Shown: piece by piece, positions 25,692 through 38,660 of the stretch
Layout of the letters: every line of letters begins with the position of its first letter
How positions within the stretch are numbered: position 1 is the stretch's first letter
Translations under genes and position numbers: made by a program
From: Octopus vulgaris
Lineage: Eukaryota
Assembly: GCA_951406725.2 (NCBI GenBank)
Contig: OX597814.1
Location: forward strand, 192,696,001 to 192,760,000
Length of the DNA stretch: 64,000 bases
Direction of reading: 5' to 3'
Notes under the pieces: generated by a model
Databases searched by the model: none
What the model saw: the letters and a program-made list of their open reading frames with translations, nothing else
What the model was told of the DNA's origin: nothing

Positions 25692-27000
25692 TATATTTCC
25701 GTTTACCCTCTCCTTTCTTTAAGGAGGCAGGGCTTTGGTTATTTATTTAGTAATATTGTTGCTGTTTGGATTTTTAAAGTTCTTTTAGGGACACTTCCAG
25801 TCGATGCAAATCTTCCGAATATTTGAAATAAATTACAAAACACGCTGCCAATTAATAAAGCGCTAAATACAATCCACATGAACACAAAAATATCAAGCTA
25901 AACATACACACCGTTACAAAAAAAGAGTGTCAAAGAGCATTCTAAGACACTAACAAGTAGTAGTAGTAGTACACCATTTAACAGTAAGTTACTAATAAAC
26001 ACTTTTTTGTTGTTGTTGTTGTTGTTAGTTGCTTCGTGACTTTTAATTAAACACAATCTCTCGACCTGTGTCGTTAGCAGAGGTAAAAAAATGAAATTAA
26101 TAACGTAATAATAGCTAAGTCTAACTAAAAAAAATTGTCTCTGCCGCCTTTTTGTCTTCTAGTATTAATGCTCGTTCAGTGGCAAGAAATGTTGATTGAT
26201 GCTTCAGTGCGATGGCTGTGAAGTTCGAGTAGTGATTTTGAATTGGTTCAAGGTATGCCAGTATCGATGTAAAAAACAGAACTGAAGAAACAAGAGGAAC
26301 ACATATGTATAGGGTGCAGCATATATACATATGTACACACACACGATAAAAGACTTGAGAAGAAGAGAGGGGTAAATATAGTGTGCTAATAAATGTCTTG
26401 GTGTAATAAATGTAGTAGCGATGGTATGCAAACATGCACCAGTACAGCACCCGCCTTTAATGGTGCAAATACACAGACCTGTGCAATGAAATTGGAGGGG
26501 TAAAGATCTATGTAAATCCCTTAACCTGGAATACCTCGTATCAGCCCTTAGTTGTTTGTCTGGGGCAAGACGGTATTGGCAAATGATTCGGTGCTGATGG
26601 CCGTTGGCCTTCTCTCCTCACCGGTTCTTCTACCGGCTGTGTAAAGACCGCTGTAGTTCCGTTCTCTTCTGTTCTTCCTTTAAATAGTATTATTTCCAGG
26701 ATAAATATGATTTTGTGATGGCTATAGGCAGTCTGTCCCGATTGTCCCTCAGTGTGAATCAGATATGTCCAATAAATGTTTATTTCGATATTTGATTTTT
26801 CGAGTTTTGTTTTTAAATAAGTTTGTAATCTTTAATGTGCAGGTGTGTACATATGTATGTGTGTGTATGTATGTATATATACATACATATAATCTATGTA
26901 TGTATATATATATATAAATGTCCCTCCACACTCCGGCGTCAACTTCCCAATTCCGCGGGAAGCCTGCACACACAAAGCAGTCAAGGCATCATGGGATACT
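25692..27000 (-). promoter_or_regulatory. Probable SUZ12 5' UTR/proximal promoter
   Basis: Unique, CpG-richer sequence directly upstream of the ATG, with GC-rich patches at about 26550-26670 and 26920-26965 (ccggcgtc, ttccgcgggaag). The TSS is not determinable from sequence. Confidence 0.5.
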
Positions 27001-30000
27001 ATTCACCAGAATAGCAGCAACAACAGCAGCAGCAGCAGCTTTATCTGGCCCTTCTAATAGTTTACACGTCCGTCTCAACAAATTATTAAGAAATAACTAA
27101 GCCATATATACATTTATATATCATACATACACGCACATGCATGCACACATTTTACTAAGGGTTTATCACTTAAGTGCTATTACATTTAGTTTGAGATAAG
27201 ACTGGGACAAGTTGTTAGGAATAACTAAGCCATAACATGTCTGGCTCGCTTGTCAGGCCTAACTAATCCTTCATTGATCATACATGCAATCATACGTGCA
27301 TACATGCACAACTTGCAGCAGCACGTTGATAACATATTTTTATTGTAGTTACTACTACATATAGTTGTATGTATATCTATATAATTTGGAGGATATACTC
27401 CCGAATTGATATATATACGTTATAAAAATATGTAAAGGGAGCACTTTTTTTTATGCATACATACAGAGCAGACCACCGCTTGGTTTAATTGTAGATAATA
27501 TACACAGTTTATATATTCATATAAATATATAAATAACTGGAAGGATATATTTGGGGTTGATATATATGTATATTTTAAAAATAATAATATTCCGATCGCT
27601 TTCCTTTTCTATGAAGCAACACTTTCGAGTTCGATACTAAAGCTAGGGCTGGCTAGGAGTAATTAATATCGACATAACTGCCATGTCGAGTTTCAATTAT
27701 AACTTGAGATCACTACTCTTCACAAAAATCATCGAATGCCAAATTTCGTTACAGATTTAATTGATGAAGGATAGCAGTAATCCTTTAATTTTCTGTCTAG
27801 AAACTAGATGCAAAACCAGTTTCACTCGTAATGGAAATCGTTCTTCTTAAATAGACATTTCAATATTACTATAAATTTTTTCTCAACATTTGTTGATTAA
27901 GTTACGAAATGTAACTTTCAAAATCGATCGGGTACGTAAAAAAAAAAAATAATTAAAAAGCTCCTTGTCCTTTTAAGATTTTGATTGCAAAATTTTAGGT
28001 ATAACGAAGTATATATATGATCTACAAGACAAACTTCAAATAAGAAATGTTAAATTTAAGATTAATAATAATGGAGTTGTCTCTAATGCATTTTTAGTCA
28101 TTTTGTTATAGGTTCATTGTCTGGTTAATTCTGATTCGTATTTCACTAGTTTTTTTTATTTCTACCCCGACAGGAATCCTTTTTTATAACATTTCTCTAA
28201 ATTATTTCATTATTCCGTTATTTTAAACCGGAAGCTTTGATAAAAACCTAAAATAGTTCAGGGATTTTTTTTTTGATTTTTTTTACAGAGCGGAAATATT
28301 GAAAAATTATCCGTAACTCGAGTAAATAATGTTGAAAACACTATCAGGAGTTTTCTAATCAATATGCTTTAAATTTAAATTTAATTTGGTCGTCGTTAGA
28401 TTTTGAAGCTTAAAGTTAAGGGCAACTTCTGCAAAGATGTATCCAAGAAGTTAATCCTGGCAAGCCGAGCCCACCGATCCATCTTTACCCTCGGTTGTTT
28501 TAAATTCTTGTTTCACTTATCGCCGTTAAAATCATTTAGGAAAAGACGAACATTTTTTTTTTATAATCTTAATTCTCTTCTTCCTATACATGTTACGGTC
28601 TTATGTCTAATTAAAAGAATTATTTTATCTCGAGGTACACCAAAGTTCCTGCAACTTGTCTATTCTGTTTGTTTTACCTCATTTCATTGTACTGATGATG
28701 TTCGTAAGGTAAAACAAGAGCATCACAGAATCATCTTGTGTCTTTTTCTCTAGCTTTAAGCTATGTGCTTTGAGTAAGAAATCAAAATATTTTTAGCATT
28801 CAAACAAGAATTTGAGATTCTAATGACTGTGCCAATCAAGGGAGACTATCCATAGGATTTTACTTTTCTTTTTTTTCCTATTTCCTTGCTTGAAATTTTA
28901 TCTTCCTTTACCTAGCACTTTTTTCCGGGGAAAAACTAAGTAATTAATGTTTAAGTGAATGTAAGTGTTTGTATAGATAAAATTAAGTGGATTTAATATC
29001 TGTTATAAATATGAGATAATTTGAAACATTTTAAGAATCTGAAAATTTAATAAAACTTAAAAGGTTACATTGGTTTTTTTTTTCTCAAAAAGCGAAAGTA
29101 AAAAAAAATACATCAGTTAATAATGGTAAGCAATCGAATTTTATTTTATTACATAGTTTGGTGTTACAAAAGTAATAAAGAATATACAACTTGTAATTAT
29201 TAAGAAATATCTATTTTAGAAGGTTATTGTGAGCTGTGGTGAACACCGTTCATTAGCGGGTAGGTTTTTAGCGGGCAACGTCTAGGACAAGATTTCAATT
29301 CTCAATAGTAATTACTTTTGTTAGATTCGATATCGTCTTTCGGAAACAAGCAAATTAAATCGTTTTCAAATGGCGCTATCAATTTTCAGGACAAATATAT
29401 ATGATATTTTTTGCACGTATAAAATGTATAGGAGGTATGGGGGGGGGGGGTAATAACCGGGGTAAAATGAGTAATTTTTGATTTCTCATTATGTTCTCAC
29501 TACCTGTTTGAAATCATTACATTACAAGAACTGCATCATCTTCAGGAGTAAAAATTGATCAGCATAGTTGTTGTTGAAGTTGAGAGAGTCCGAAACATTG
29601 TCAGGTGGCAGATATTTTTTTTTTTTTTTCATGAAAAGTTCCCTAAACTTTGACCAGTTTGCAATCGTGGTTGCTAATAAAATATCTGGATAATTTTTTT
29701 TGTGTTGAACATCAATATACCTTCCTCTTTTGGATCCCAGGTCAATCTTTCCCCACACTTATGTCTAATTTGATTATTTTCAATTTTCAAAGAAATGTCT
29801 AAAATGGGACAAAATAAGTAACGACTAATTTCACTCATTTCTTCTCTTTAACTAACTGCATGGTACTTAAATATATTGCAAAGAAAGCCACTCGTGAAGA
29901 TCGTGATGAAGCTATAGAGAATATTTTATCTTGAGTTTTTCTTTTTATTTAGTCGAGTTTCGTTAATTTCATATATGCCATTTTTCCCTGAGCCTCTTTC

Positions 30001-30456
30001 ATATGACCTAGATATTTCTAAATTTTCGTTGCATTTCTGATCTTTTCTTATGTCTAGGGATGGATATTGATGTGTGTGTCTGTTCTCAAATGTGATTCTG
30101 GAGAACTGAAGCGACAAATTTACCTTATCTTGGCTAACTCATTTTGCTCTTGCTAAATTTGTCTTTATATGCTCAAAGAGAACGGCGATAATTTTCCGAG
30201 AAAGTGTTCGGATCATGTTATAATATTTTTAATACGTTTAGAAATGGTCATTTGCTTAGCTCATATAGTTTTTGTACGGTAGTGAACATCTGTAAAAAAT
30301 ATTTTTTGTCTCAAAGTCAAAAATGCAGTAAAAACTCCTCAAATGCAGTAAAAACTCCCCAAAAGACAGAGACAGGTGAGAGTGTCACAAATAGATTTAT
30401 TAGTTTGACGCTCGGGAAAAAATGGAAAAGTCTGATGTTTAGAATATATATATATA

Positions 30457-30590
30457 TACGGTAAACTTAAACATTACTTTTTATAATTATGAGTATAATA
30501 ATATTTAGGGTTCAGCAAAAAATTTTTTTTGCTGAACCCTAATTATAATTATACTCATAATTATAAAAAGTAATGTTTAAGTTTACCGTA
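30457..30590. repeat. 134-bp near-perfect palindrome
   Basis: tacggtaaacttaaacattactttttataattatgagtataat...agggttcagcaaaaaa / ttttttgctgaaccct...attatactcataattataaaaagtaatgtttaagtttaccgta. Confidence 0.9.
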
Positions 30591-30745
30591 AATGGTCCTT
30601 TTAACATGCTGAACACTACTTGGTGGAATTATTAATTATTAATCAATTTTACCCTTTATTATTATTGATATATATATATATATATAATAAATAATTTAGA
30701 CATAAGTCGACATAAAAAATCTGTAGTGAGACATATTTTTATCGA

Positions 30746-30797
30746 TGAACCTGATGAGACCCAAACTAACGGGTCGAAACATGTTGTACCCAATAAA
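30746..30797 (+). ncRNA. Minimal Penelope-type hammerhead motif
   Basis: gaac-CTGATGA-gaccc-aaactaac-gggtc-GAAAC-at-GTT-gtac, then AATAAA. Helix II is a perfect 5 bp, helix III is palindromic (AACATGTT), helix I is imperfect. Confidence 0.7.
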
Positions 30798-31081
30798 GAT
30801 TTAATACCGAATCCATCTGTTAATTAATATTTTATACACACAAACACACACGCACAATGAGTATATAGGGATAAATAATCCAGGTGGGTACCGTAAGAAC
30901 TCTCGAACATAGTCCGGATTCTGGATAAACACAGGTAGTAAGAAACATCAAAGATTGCTATGGGTGAGCAATATCCCACTGTAATTCTGATGGGTAAATT
31001 CGGGTTTTAATTAACTGTTAAATTAAAAGAAATATTTGAAGATATACCAGTCGTCCATATTGTAATTGTTTTGGATATAGG

Positions 31082-31113
<32 letters not shown>

Positions 31114-31118
31114 GATCT

Positions 31119-31194
31119 CCGACATTCGGCTATGGTCTTGTGGGAGCATTCTACCGACATTCGGCTATGGTCCTGTGGGAGCATTCTACCGACA
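31119..31194. repeat. 35-bp tandem duplication
   Basis: ccgacattcggctatggtc(t/c)tgtgggagcattcta x2. Confidence 0.85.
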
Positions 31195-32346
31195 CGTTTA
31201 CCCTTAACGTTGTTTCGTGGCAGAATCGGCGTGACAGTCTATGATGAGCTGTGTATTTTAATTACAAATACAATTCACCCGGCGAGGCTTTATACAATTT
31301 CTGTCTACTCAGTTTTAATCTCGAAATATAAATCAACCAAAGTCTATCGAAAACTTTTACCCAAGATTCTATGCACTGGGATAAAACCCGTGACCTCTTA
31401 GGTGAGGAATGGACTCAACCATTCCGCCAAACTATACCTATAGGCACGAACACACGTTTGATTGTGTGTGTCCGTAAAACAAAATATCAGTGTGTATATA
31501 TTTTTATTCCAATAGTTTCAGTTGTAGGACTGTGGCCATGCTGGAGCACCGCCTTAACATAGGTATATAAATGGCTCGTTATATGTAATACACACCGGTA
31601 TTATATAGGCGAGCGTGGAGTATGTGTGTTCACACACGCCTTTCCGATTGCCCTCCCCTGGACTTTCATATAACTTCTAGAAAAAAACGCATATTACTAA
31701 GTGAAATTTTACAGAGGTCTTTTTGTGAGGGAAGGTTATGATTATAAAATTTTTTAAAAATTGATGAGTGTTGGATTATTCTCTTCCATTTCAACTTTGT
31801 TTGCTTATAACTCTGAAATGACATTTTGCAGAAATATATTTTCGGATGTATATATCACATTGGTGTTGATGTTTCAAATATATAAATTTGAAAAACAAAT
31901 GAAAAATGCCTAAGTTCAGAAATTCGTGATAACAAAGTCGAAGAAGGACAGAAGAAAATGAAGGGAAACGTTATCTTTTTCTTTTCTTTTTTTTTTTTTT
32001 AGTTCCTTTATTTTATCTACATGCCATATTTGATGGCTTAAAACTCACAGGCATATCAGATGCACCACAATTTCGGCAGTGCATATACGGGAAAGAAAAC
32101 CTTTAGTACATTAAAACTCATGAGAGACTCAACTTTGCATGTAGGACCCGGAATGATTTTGAGATATTTTGGGGGGGAAATAACGCGCCTTAGCTGCCAT
32201 AAATTATGGTAATGTAAACAAATATGGTAAATGTAAACAATCCTCTCGAAAATACAGTAAACAGTTTGTTAACCAAGTAATTAATGCTGAAAGTACTTGA
32301 GTAAAAGCGTAGGGCTTTTGGTAAACAACATTAATATATGTATATA

Positions 32347-33479
32347 TCGTCATCATCGTCGTCCTTCAACATCCGTTATCCATGCTGGCATGGGTTGGAC
32401 GTTGACTGAACTGGCATACTGGAAGGCTGCACCAGACTCCAGTCTGGTATGGTATGGTTTTCTATGGTTGGATGCCCTTCCTAATGCCAACCACTCCAAG
32501 AGTGTAATGGGTGCTTTTATGTGCCACCGGCACGGGTGCCATTTGCATGACACCGGGGGGGGACGTTTACATGCCACCAGCACAGATGCACTTGGCTTGA
32601 CAAGTCCTCTCAAGTACAACGCATTACCAAAGGTCTCAGTCATTGCCTCTGTAAAGCTCAAAGTTCAGAGATCATGCTTCACCATCTCATCCCATGCCTT
32701 TTTTGGGTCTACCTCTACCACAGGTTCCCTCCACAATTAGAGATCAGTACTTCTTTACACATCTGTCCTTCCATATGCATCACACGACTGGCTTCATTTC
32801 TTTCAGGCGTACACATGTCCTCAGCGGTCATAGCCCATGTTCCACTGCCATGCAGCAGAGCTGTTCAAACACAGGCATCAAACAATCTGCCTTTCACTCT
32901 GAGAGAGAGAGGCCCTTTGTTGCCAGCAGGGGTAGGAGCTCTCTGAACTTTGCCCAGCCTAATCTTATTCTCACAACTACACTTTTGGAACATCCACATC
33001 CACTACTAACTTGGTCACCTAGATAACAGAAGCTATCTACTACCCCTAGCTTGCCTCACTGGCAGTTGATGGAGTCTATTTTCAGCACATTTTCAGTGTT
33101 TATTGTACCTGTGTACCTTCCACATACAAAAGTTAGTTTCCCTGTTAACCTTCCTCTGATGTTGCTGCTCCTTTTACATGTCCAAAGCTTACTCTGAGTG
33201 TATCTAATGGAGTTTTGACATATATCTTTTCTACAGATTGAGCTGGGCCATCTACTTGAAAAGATTTGTAATTTTTCTGCCTTCCTACTTACTATGACTT
33301 TTGTTTTTGCTAGGTTAACTCTAAGGCCATTTGATTCTAGACATTACTTCCATACCTGGAACTTCTCTAGTTTAGGTAGTGATTCAACTATAAGAGCAAG
33401 GTCATCAGCATAGAGGAGCTCCCAGGGGCAGCCTGTCTTGAATTCTTCTGTTATTGTCTGGAGGACTATGATGAACAAG
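32347..33479 (-). mobile_element. RTE-clade LINE 3' fragment with family C 3' UTR
   Basis: Minus strand encodes IIVLQTITEEFKTGCPWELLYADDLAL and the same C-terminal motifs as the 33490 copy. Confidence 0.85.
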
Positions 33480-33489
33480 ATATATATAT

Positions 33490-36400
33490 TTATGCAAATG
33501 ATCTCGTGATCTGCAACACAAACTTCAAAAAACCAGCCAGCCTCCTAATCACTTATCAGTCTGGTGAGCACATAAGCCAGATTGACAATGAGGATATGCG
33601 ATAGATGGATGCTTAAAAATGCAAAGTCTTTCCTGGATGAAGAGTGTACAACCCTACATAGGTTACTAGTTAGTGACTTCAGAATTAGAGCTAGAAAGAC
33701 TCGGAGATATAAACCAATCTGGAAAAGAAGACTATGGAAGCTCAAAAACCCAGCAAACAGACAAAACTTTAGAGGTAACTAATGGAAGCTTCTGACGAAA
33801 GAGAGGGAGAGTTGGGGGGCATGAAGCTTAGAGGACAATTGGAAGTTCTTGTGGGACAATCTACTGAGGGCTACGGATGAAATCTGTGGTTGGTGCAGAG
33901 TCCCATTTAGACCAAGGGTGACATGCTGGTGAAGCAAGTAGGTTGACAGTGCTATAAAAGACTGGAAAAACAGTAGAAGGAGAGAATTATATCAGGTAGC
34001 TAAAAGGGCAGCTAGGTGTCAGGTATACATAGCAAAATGTGTAGCTGAAGGTATTGCAAATGTTCTACAGCATAAGGATCACAGGCATGAGGTGTTCAGG
34101 ATTACAAAGCAGTGTATGGAAGAAAACAGCGAAGAGGTAGGTGAGAAATGTATGCAAATAGATAATGGTATGCTTGCACTTAGTGACTCAGTGAAGATGC
34201 ATGGAAGTGTCACTATGAAAGGTTACTAAATGTGGAAAATGAATGGGAGAAGGAGAGTCTACCAAATATTGAACCAATTGAGGGACCAGCCATCAGAGCT
34301 GATAGTAGCATAATCATCATCATCATTGCTAGCATGGGTTGGACAATTTTGACTGAAGGTTGGCGAACCAGATGGCAGCACCAGGCTCCAATCTTGATTT
34401 GGCAGAGTTTCTACCGCTGGATGCCCTTCCTAACGCAAACCACTCCGAGAGTGTAGTGGGTGCTTTTTACATGCCACCGGCACAGGGGCCAGTCAAGCGG
34501 TACTGGCAATGACCTCACTTGAATCCTTTTACACATGCCACCAGCACAGGTGCTAGTAAGGCGACGTTGGTAATGATCACGCTCGAATGGTGCCCTTTTA
34601 CGTGCCACTGGCACGGAAGCCAGTTGGCTGCTCTGGCAACGATCACACTCGGATGGTGCTCTTGGCACCCTACTAGCACGGGCACAAGTGCCAGTAAGGC
34701 GACGCTGGTATAAGACAATTAAGGACATGAAGACAGAAAGCTCCTGGGCCATCATGAATCACTGCCAAAAGGATTAAAATTCCTGGTGGTGTAGCATACA
34801 GCTTAGTCACCCGTGTAGTTACTCAGGTTATTCAGGAAGGCACCATCCCCAACAACTGGTGTAGTAGTATTATAGTTAGCTGCTACAAAAGTAAAGGTGA
34901 TTCCTAAGGTAGAAACAATAACAGAGGTATTAAATTGCTAGACCAAGTCATGGAAGTTACTGAGAGGGTTTTAGCTCAATTGGTTAGAAATAGAATTAAA
35001 CTAGATGAGATGTAGTTTGGTTTTGTGCCTGGGGAGAGTACCACAGATGCCATCTTCCTAGTGAGACAGCTGCAGTTCTCAGCCAACTCTTATTCATTAT
35101 AGTCTTCCAGGCCATAACTGAGGAATTCAAAACTGGGTGCTTGTGGGAACTGCTATATGCTAATGACCTTGCTCTTATTGCAGAATCTTTAGAAGAACTG
35201 GAGAAGAAATTCCAGGTATGGAAACAAAACCTTTCGGAAGGTATTTCACAAATTGTGTGTAAGCTTTAATAAATGTGCAAGCACTTTCAGTTCTCAGGGT
35301 TATCAAGCATGTGTTATGGCTATATATCATCATCATCATCATCATCATCGTTTAGCGTCCGCTTTCCATGCTAGCATGGGTTGGACGGTACAACTGGGGT
35401 CTGGGAAGTCAGAAGGCTGCACCAATTAAAAAATTGAAGATAAAATCTATGTTAGATATTATCAGGTAGCTAGCATGCAATCAACCGGTTAAGGTAAATT
35501 AATCAATTTATAAATATTCATATAAAAATATAAATAGATATATAAAAACACTAATTAGTGTCTCCTTCTAGCAAGCAGTTGGACTCTTGTTCGTATGTGT
35601 TTACTCTCCTGATATATATTTTTATATATCTATTTATAAATTTATATATACAATCAAAGGGCCTTAGAATCAACCTAGCCAAAACCAAAGTCCTAATAAG
35701 TAGGAAGGTAGACCAATCACAAACGCCTTCAGGTCGATCTGTAGAAAAGGCGTAGATAGAAACTCTATAAGATGCACTAAATGTAAGCTATGGACACATA
35801 AGAGATGTAGTCATGTCAAAGGAAGACTAACTAGGAAAATAGTTTTTATCTGTGGCAGATGCTCAGGAGCAATAAACTCTGAAAACATGCAGAGACCAAC
35901 TTCTACCACGTTCCAGGGAGAAAAACTAGAAGTAGTTGATAGCTTCCGCTACCTAGGTGACCAAGTCAGTAGTGGGGGCGGGTGTGCTGAAAGTGTAACT
36001 GCTAGAGTAAGAATAGCCTGGGCAAAGTTTAGAGAGCTCTTATCCCTGCTGGTGACAAAAGGCCTCTCGCTCAAAGTAAAAGGCAGACTGTATGAGGCAT
36101 ATGTACGTACAGCCATGCTACATGGTAGTGAAACATGGGCTGTGACTGCTGAGGATTTGCATAAGCTCACAAGAAATGAAGCTAGTATGCTCCGTTGGAT
36201 GTGTAATGTCAGTGTTCATAATCGACAGAGTGTAAGTACCTTGAGACAAAAGTTGGACCTAAGAAGCATCGGTTGTTGTGTGCAAGAGAGATGATTGTGC
36301 TGGTATGGTCATGTGGCGAGAATGGATGAAGATAGGTGTGTGAAAAAGTGCCACACCCTGGCAGTTGAGGGGACCTGTGGAAGAGGTAGACCCAGGAAAA

Positions 36401-37049
36401 CCTGGGACGAGGTGGTGAAGCACGACCTTCAAACTTTAGGTCTCACCAAGGAAATGACTAGAGACCGAGACCTATGGAAGTATGCTGTGCGTGAGAAGAC
36501 CCGGCAAGACCAGTGAGAACAGTCAAAATCAAAATCAAAATCAAATCAAATCAAATCAGATATCAGAAAGCAGAACCAAAATTGAGGTCGATCAACATCA
36601 GTGGAAATTGCAGCCGTGGTTAAGCGAACCATCCAATCGTGGTCATTGCCAGCACTGCCCCGTCTGGCCTCCATGCCGGTGGCACGTAAAAGCACCATCC
36701 GTTCATGTCCGTTGCCAGCCTCACCTGGCCCCGTACCGGTGGCACGTAAAAGCACCATCCGTTCGTGTCCGTTGCCAGCCTTGCCTGGCCCCCGTGCCGG
36801 TGGCACGTAAAAGCACCATCCGTTCGTGGCCGTTTGCCAGCCCTGTCTGGCACCTGTGCGGGTGGCACGTAAAAAGCACCCACTACACTCACGGAGTGGT
36901 TGGCGTTAGGAAGGGCATCCAGCCGTAGAAACACTGCCAGATCTGACTGGGCCTGATGAAGCCTTCCGGCTTCACAGACCCCAGTTGAACCGTCCAACCC
37001 ATGCTAGCATGGAAAACGGACGCTAAATGATGATGATGATGATGATGAT
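33490..37049 (+). mobile_element. RTE-clade LINE, degenerate (APE, RT, C-terminus, 3' UTR, (GAT)n tail), with nested insertions at about 34311-34708 and 35231-35650
   Basis: CNTNFKK...HRLLVSDFRI (APE); WELLYANDL (RT); FRYLGDQVSSGGGC...AWAKFREL...MLHGSETW...WYGHVARM...GRGRPRKTWDEVVKHDL; continues into the family C 3' UTR. Confidence 0.9.
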
Positions 37050-37099
37050 ATATATATATATAAATTTATAAATACATATATACATACATATATATATAT

Positions 37100-38458
37100 G
37101 CAAGAATTTTTTTTGTGCATGGTGCAAAAGATTGTGCAGCAGCTGACCTGGCTACATCAAGTGCAAACATGGAACCTTGCCCACCACTGTGCAAGACCAC
37201 CACAATCAACAGATACAGGATGGCTTCCCCTAACACAAGCACAGTCATCATGCCAATATTTTTACTAAATATTGGAGGCCTGTTGCATCACAACAATAAA
37301 AGCAAAATTTTTTTTACCTGAGTAACCTTGCTGCATGCAATCAAGCCCTATGCATAGCACTTGTGGAAACTCATCTTAGGCCTGATATAGAGGATGCAGA
37401 AGTACACTTACCAAAATATACCATACTGCGAATGGATAGAAGGGAAAGGAGCTATGGTGGAGTTGCTGTATACATCCGTGAGGACCTCACACCCCAAGTC
37501 CTACTGTCATACTCAAATTCAGTGTGTGACACTCAAATTGTATACATAACACAGTATAGTCATATGTAATACATATCATCCATTGGATGCTCCAAACTAC
37601 ATGGGAAAGTTTGAAGATTGCCTCACAAGAATAAAAGAAACCCTCATGAAACTGGAACATCAAGTGAGTGTATTTCTTGGTGATTTCAACTTCCCCAGTA
37701 TCAAATGGCCTGAAGGCCTCATGCTGTCAGGAATGACTCATTGCAAACAAGTACAGGTGGCGTCCCTGCTCAACCTCACCAATGCCCTATTCATGGAGCA
37801 AATTGTGCTCCAACCTACCAGGGCGAACAACATATTGGATTCCTGCTTCACAAACAATATGGACATCGTTCATAATGTGAAAGTGCTGCTGACATTAGTT
37901 TCAGATCACAACATAATAGAGCTGTCTATGAATGGATCAAAAGTAGCCAGAGATATACAGCCTAAAGGAAGCACCCAAAATCTCTCCAATCTGAACTTCT
38001 ACAAAGCAAACTGGAAATCGATCCAAAAAGAGATCCTCAGACAGGACTGGCTGAAATGTCTCTCCACACCATTAGCATGAAATTAGGATATTTCATGTCT
38101 GTGGTGCAAACCATATGCCAGAAATATGTCCTGGAGCACAAGGCCAACACAAAAAGGAACAAGACTCCAAGGGAGAGGAAGATCCTCATGAGATGATGGA
38201 TGAAGGTTGCAAATGGCTTCAACCAAAATCTCAAAAGTAGCACCCAAAATTGAATGAAAAACTTAGAAGGTACACTGGCCTAGGGCAATTACAATTCCAG
38301 AAACTAAATCAGTGCAGGACCTGGGTATCAGCATGAGTGATGCTACCTCTTTCCAAGTGCGTATTACCAAGATGAGGAGAAAGTGCAGATAGTTGGCTGG
38401 CTGGATCCTGAGAATCTTCAGAAACAGAGAGAAGGAAACCATGATGGGCCTCTGGAGG
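37100..38458 (+). mobile_element. CR1/L2-group LINE relic (APE endonuclease joined by internal deletion to post-RT region)
   Basis: ETHL...RMDRRERSYGGVAVYIRE; LGDFNFPSIKW...QIVLQPTRANNILD...SDHNII; then QDLGISMS...GWILRIF. Confidence 0.85.
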
Positions 38459-38460
38459 AT

Positions 38461-38531
<71 letters not shown>

Positions 38532-38535
38532 AAAT

Positions 38536-38561
<26 letters not shown>

Positions 38562-38569
<8 letters not shown>

Positions 38570-38660
38570 ATGTATGTATATGACTACGAAGATGACTCAT
38601 GAGTCCAGCTTTACTGAGGCAGGGTCTTGCACAGACATTGCATAAAACGAGACAGATGAG
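38562..38660 (-). mobile_element. Opposite-strand RTE-type zinc-finger 3' fragment
   Basis: Minus strand CNVCARPCLSKAGLMSHLRSH running into (ATAC)n. Confidence 0.55.

Noticed and set aside
25464-25826. 120-aa hydrophobic + strand ORF
   Set aside because: Antisense shadow of the His/Asn-rich SUZ12 exon 1.
28686-28735. CTGATGA followed by a short stem
   Set aside because: No correctly placed GAAA or helix III.
36660-36885. Repeat-spacer pattern (gtgccggtggcacgtaaaagcacc with variable linkers) resembling a CRISPR array; also at 51050-51330
   Set aside because: Linkers are homologous to each other, the array lies in an RTE 3' UTR in an animal genome, and there are no cas genes.
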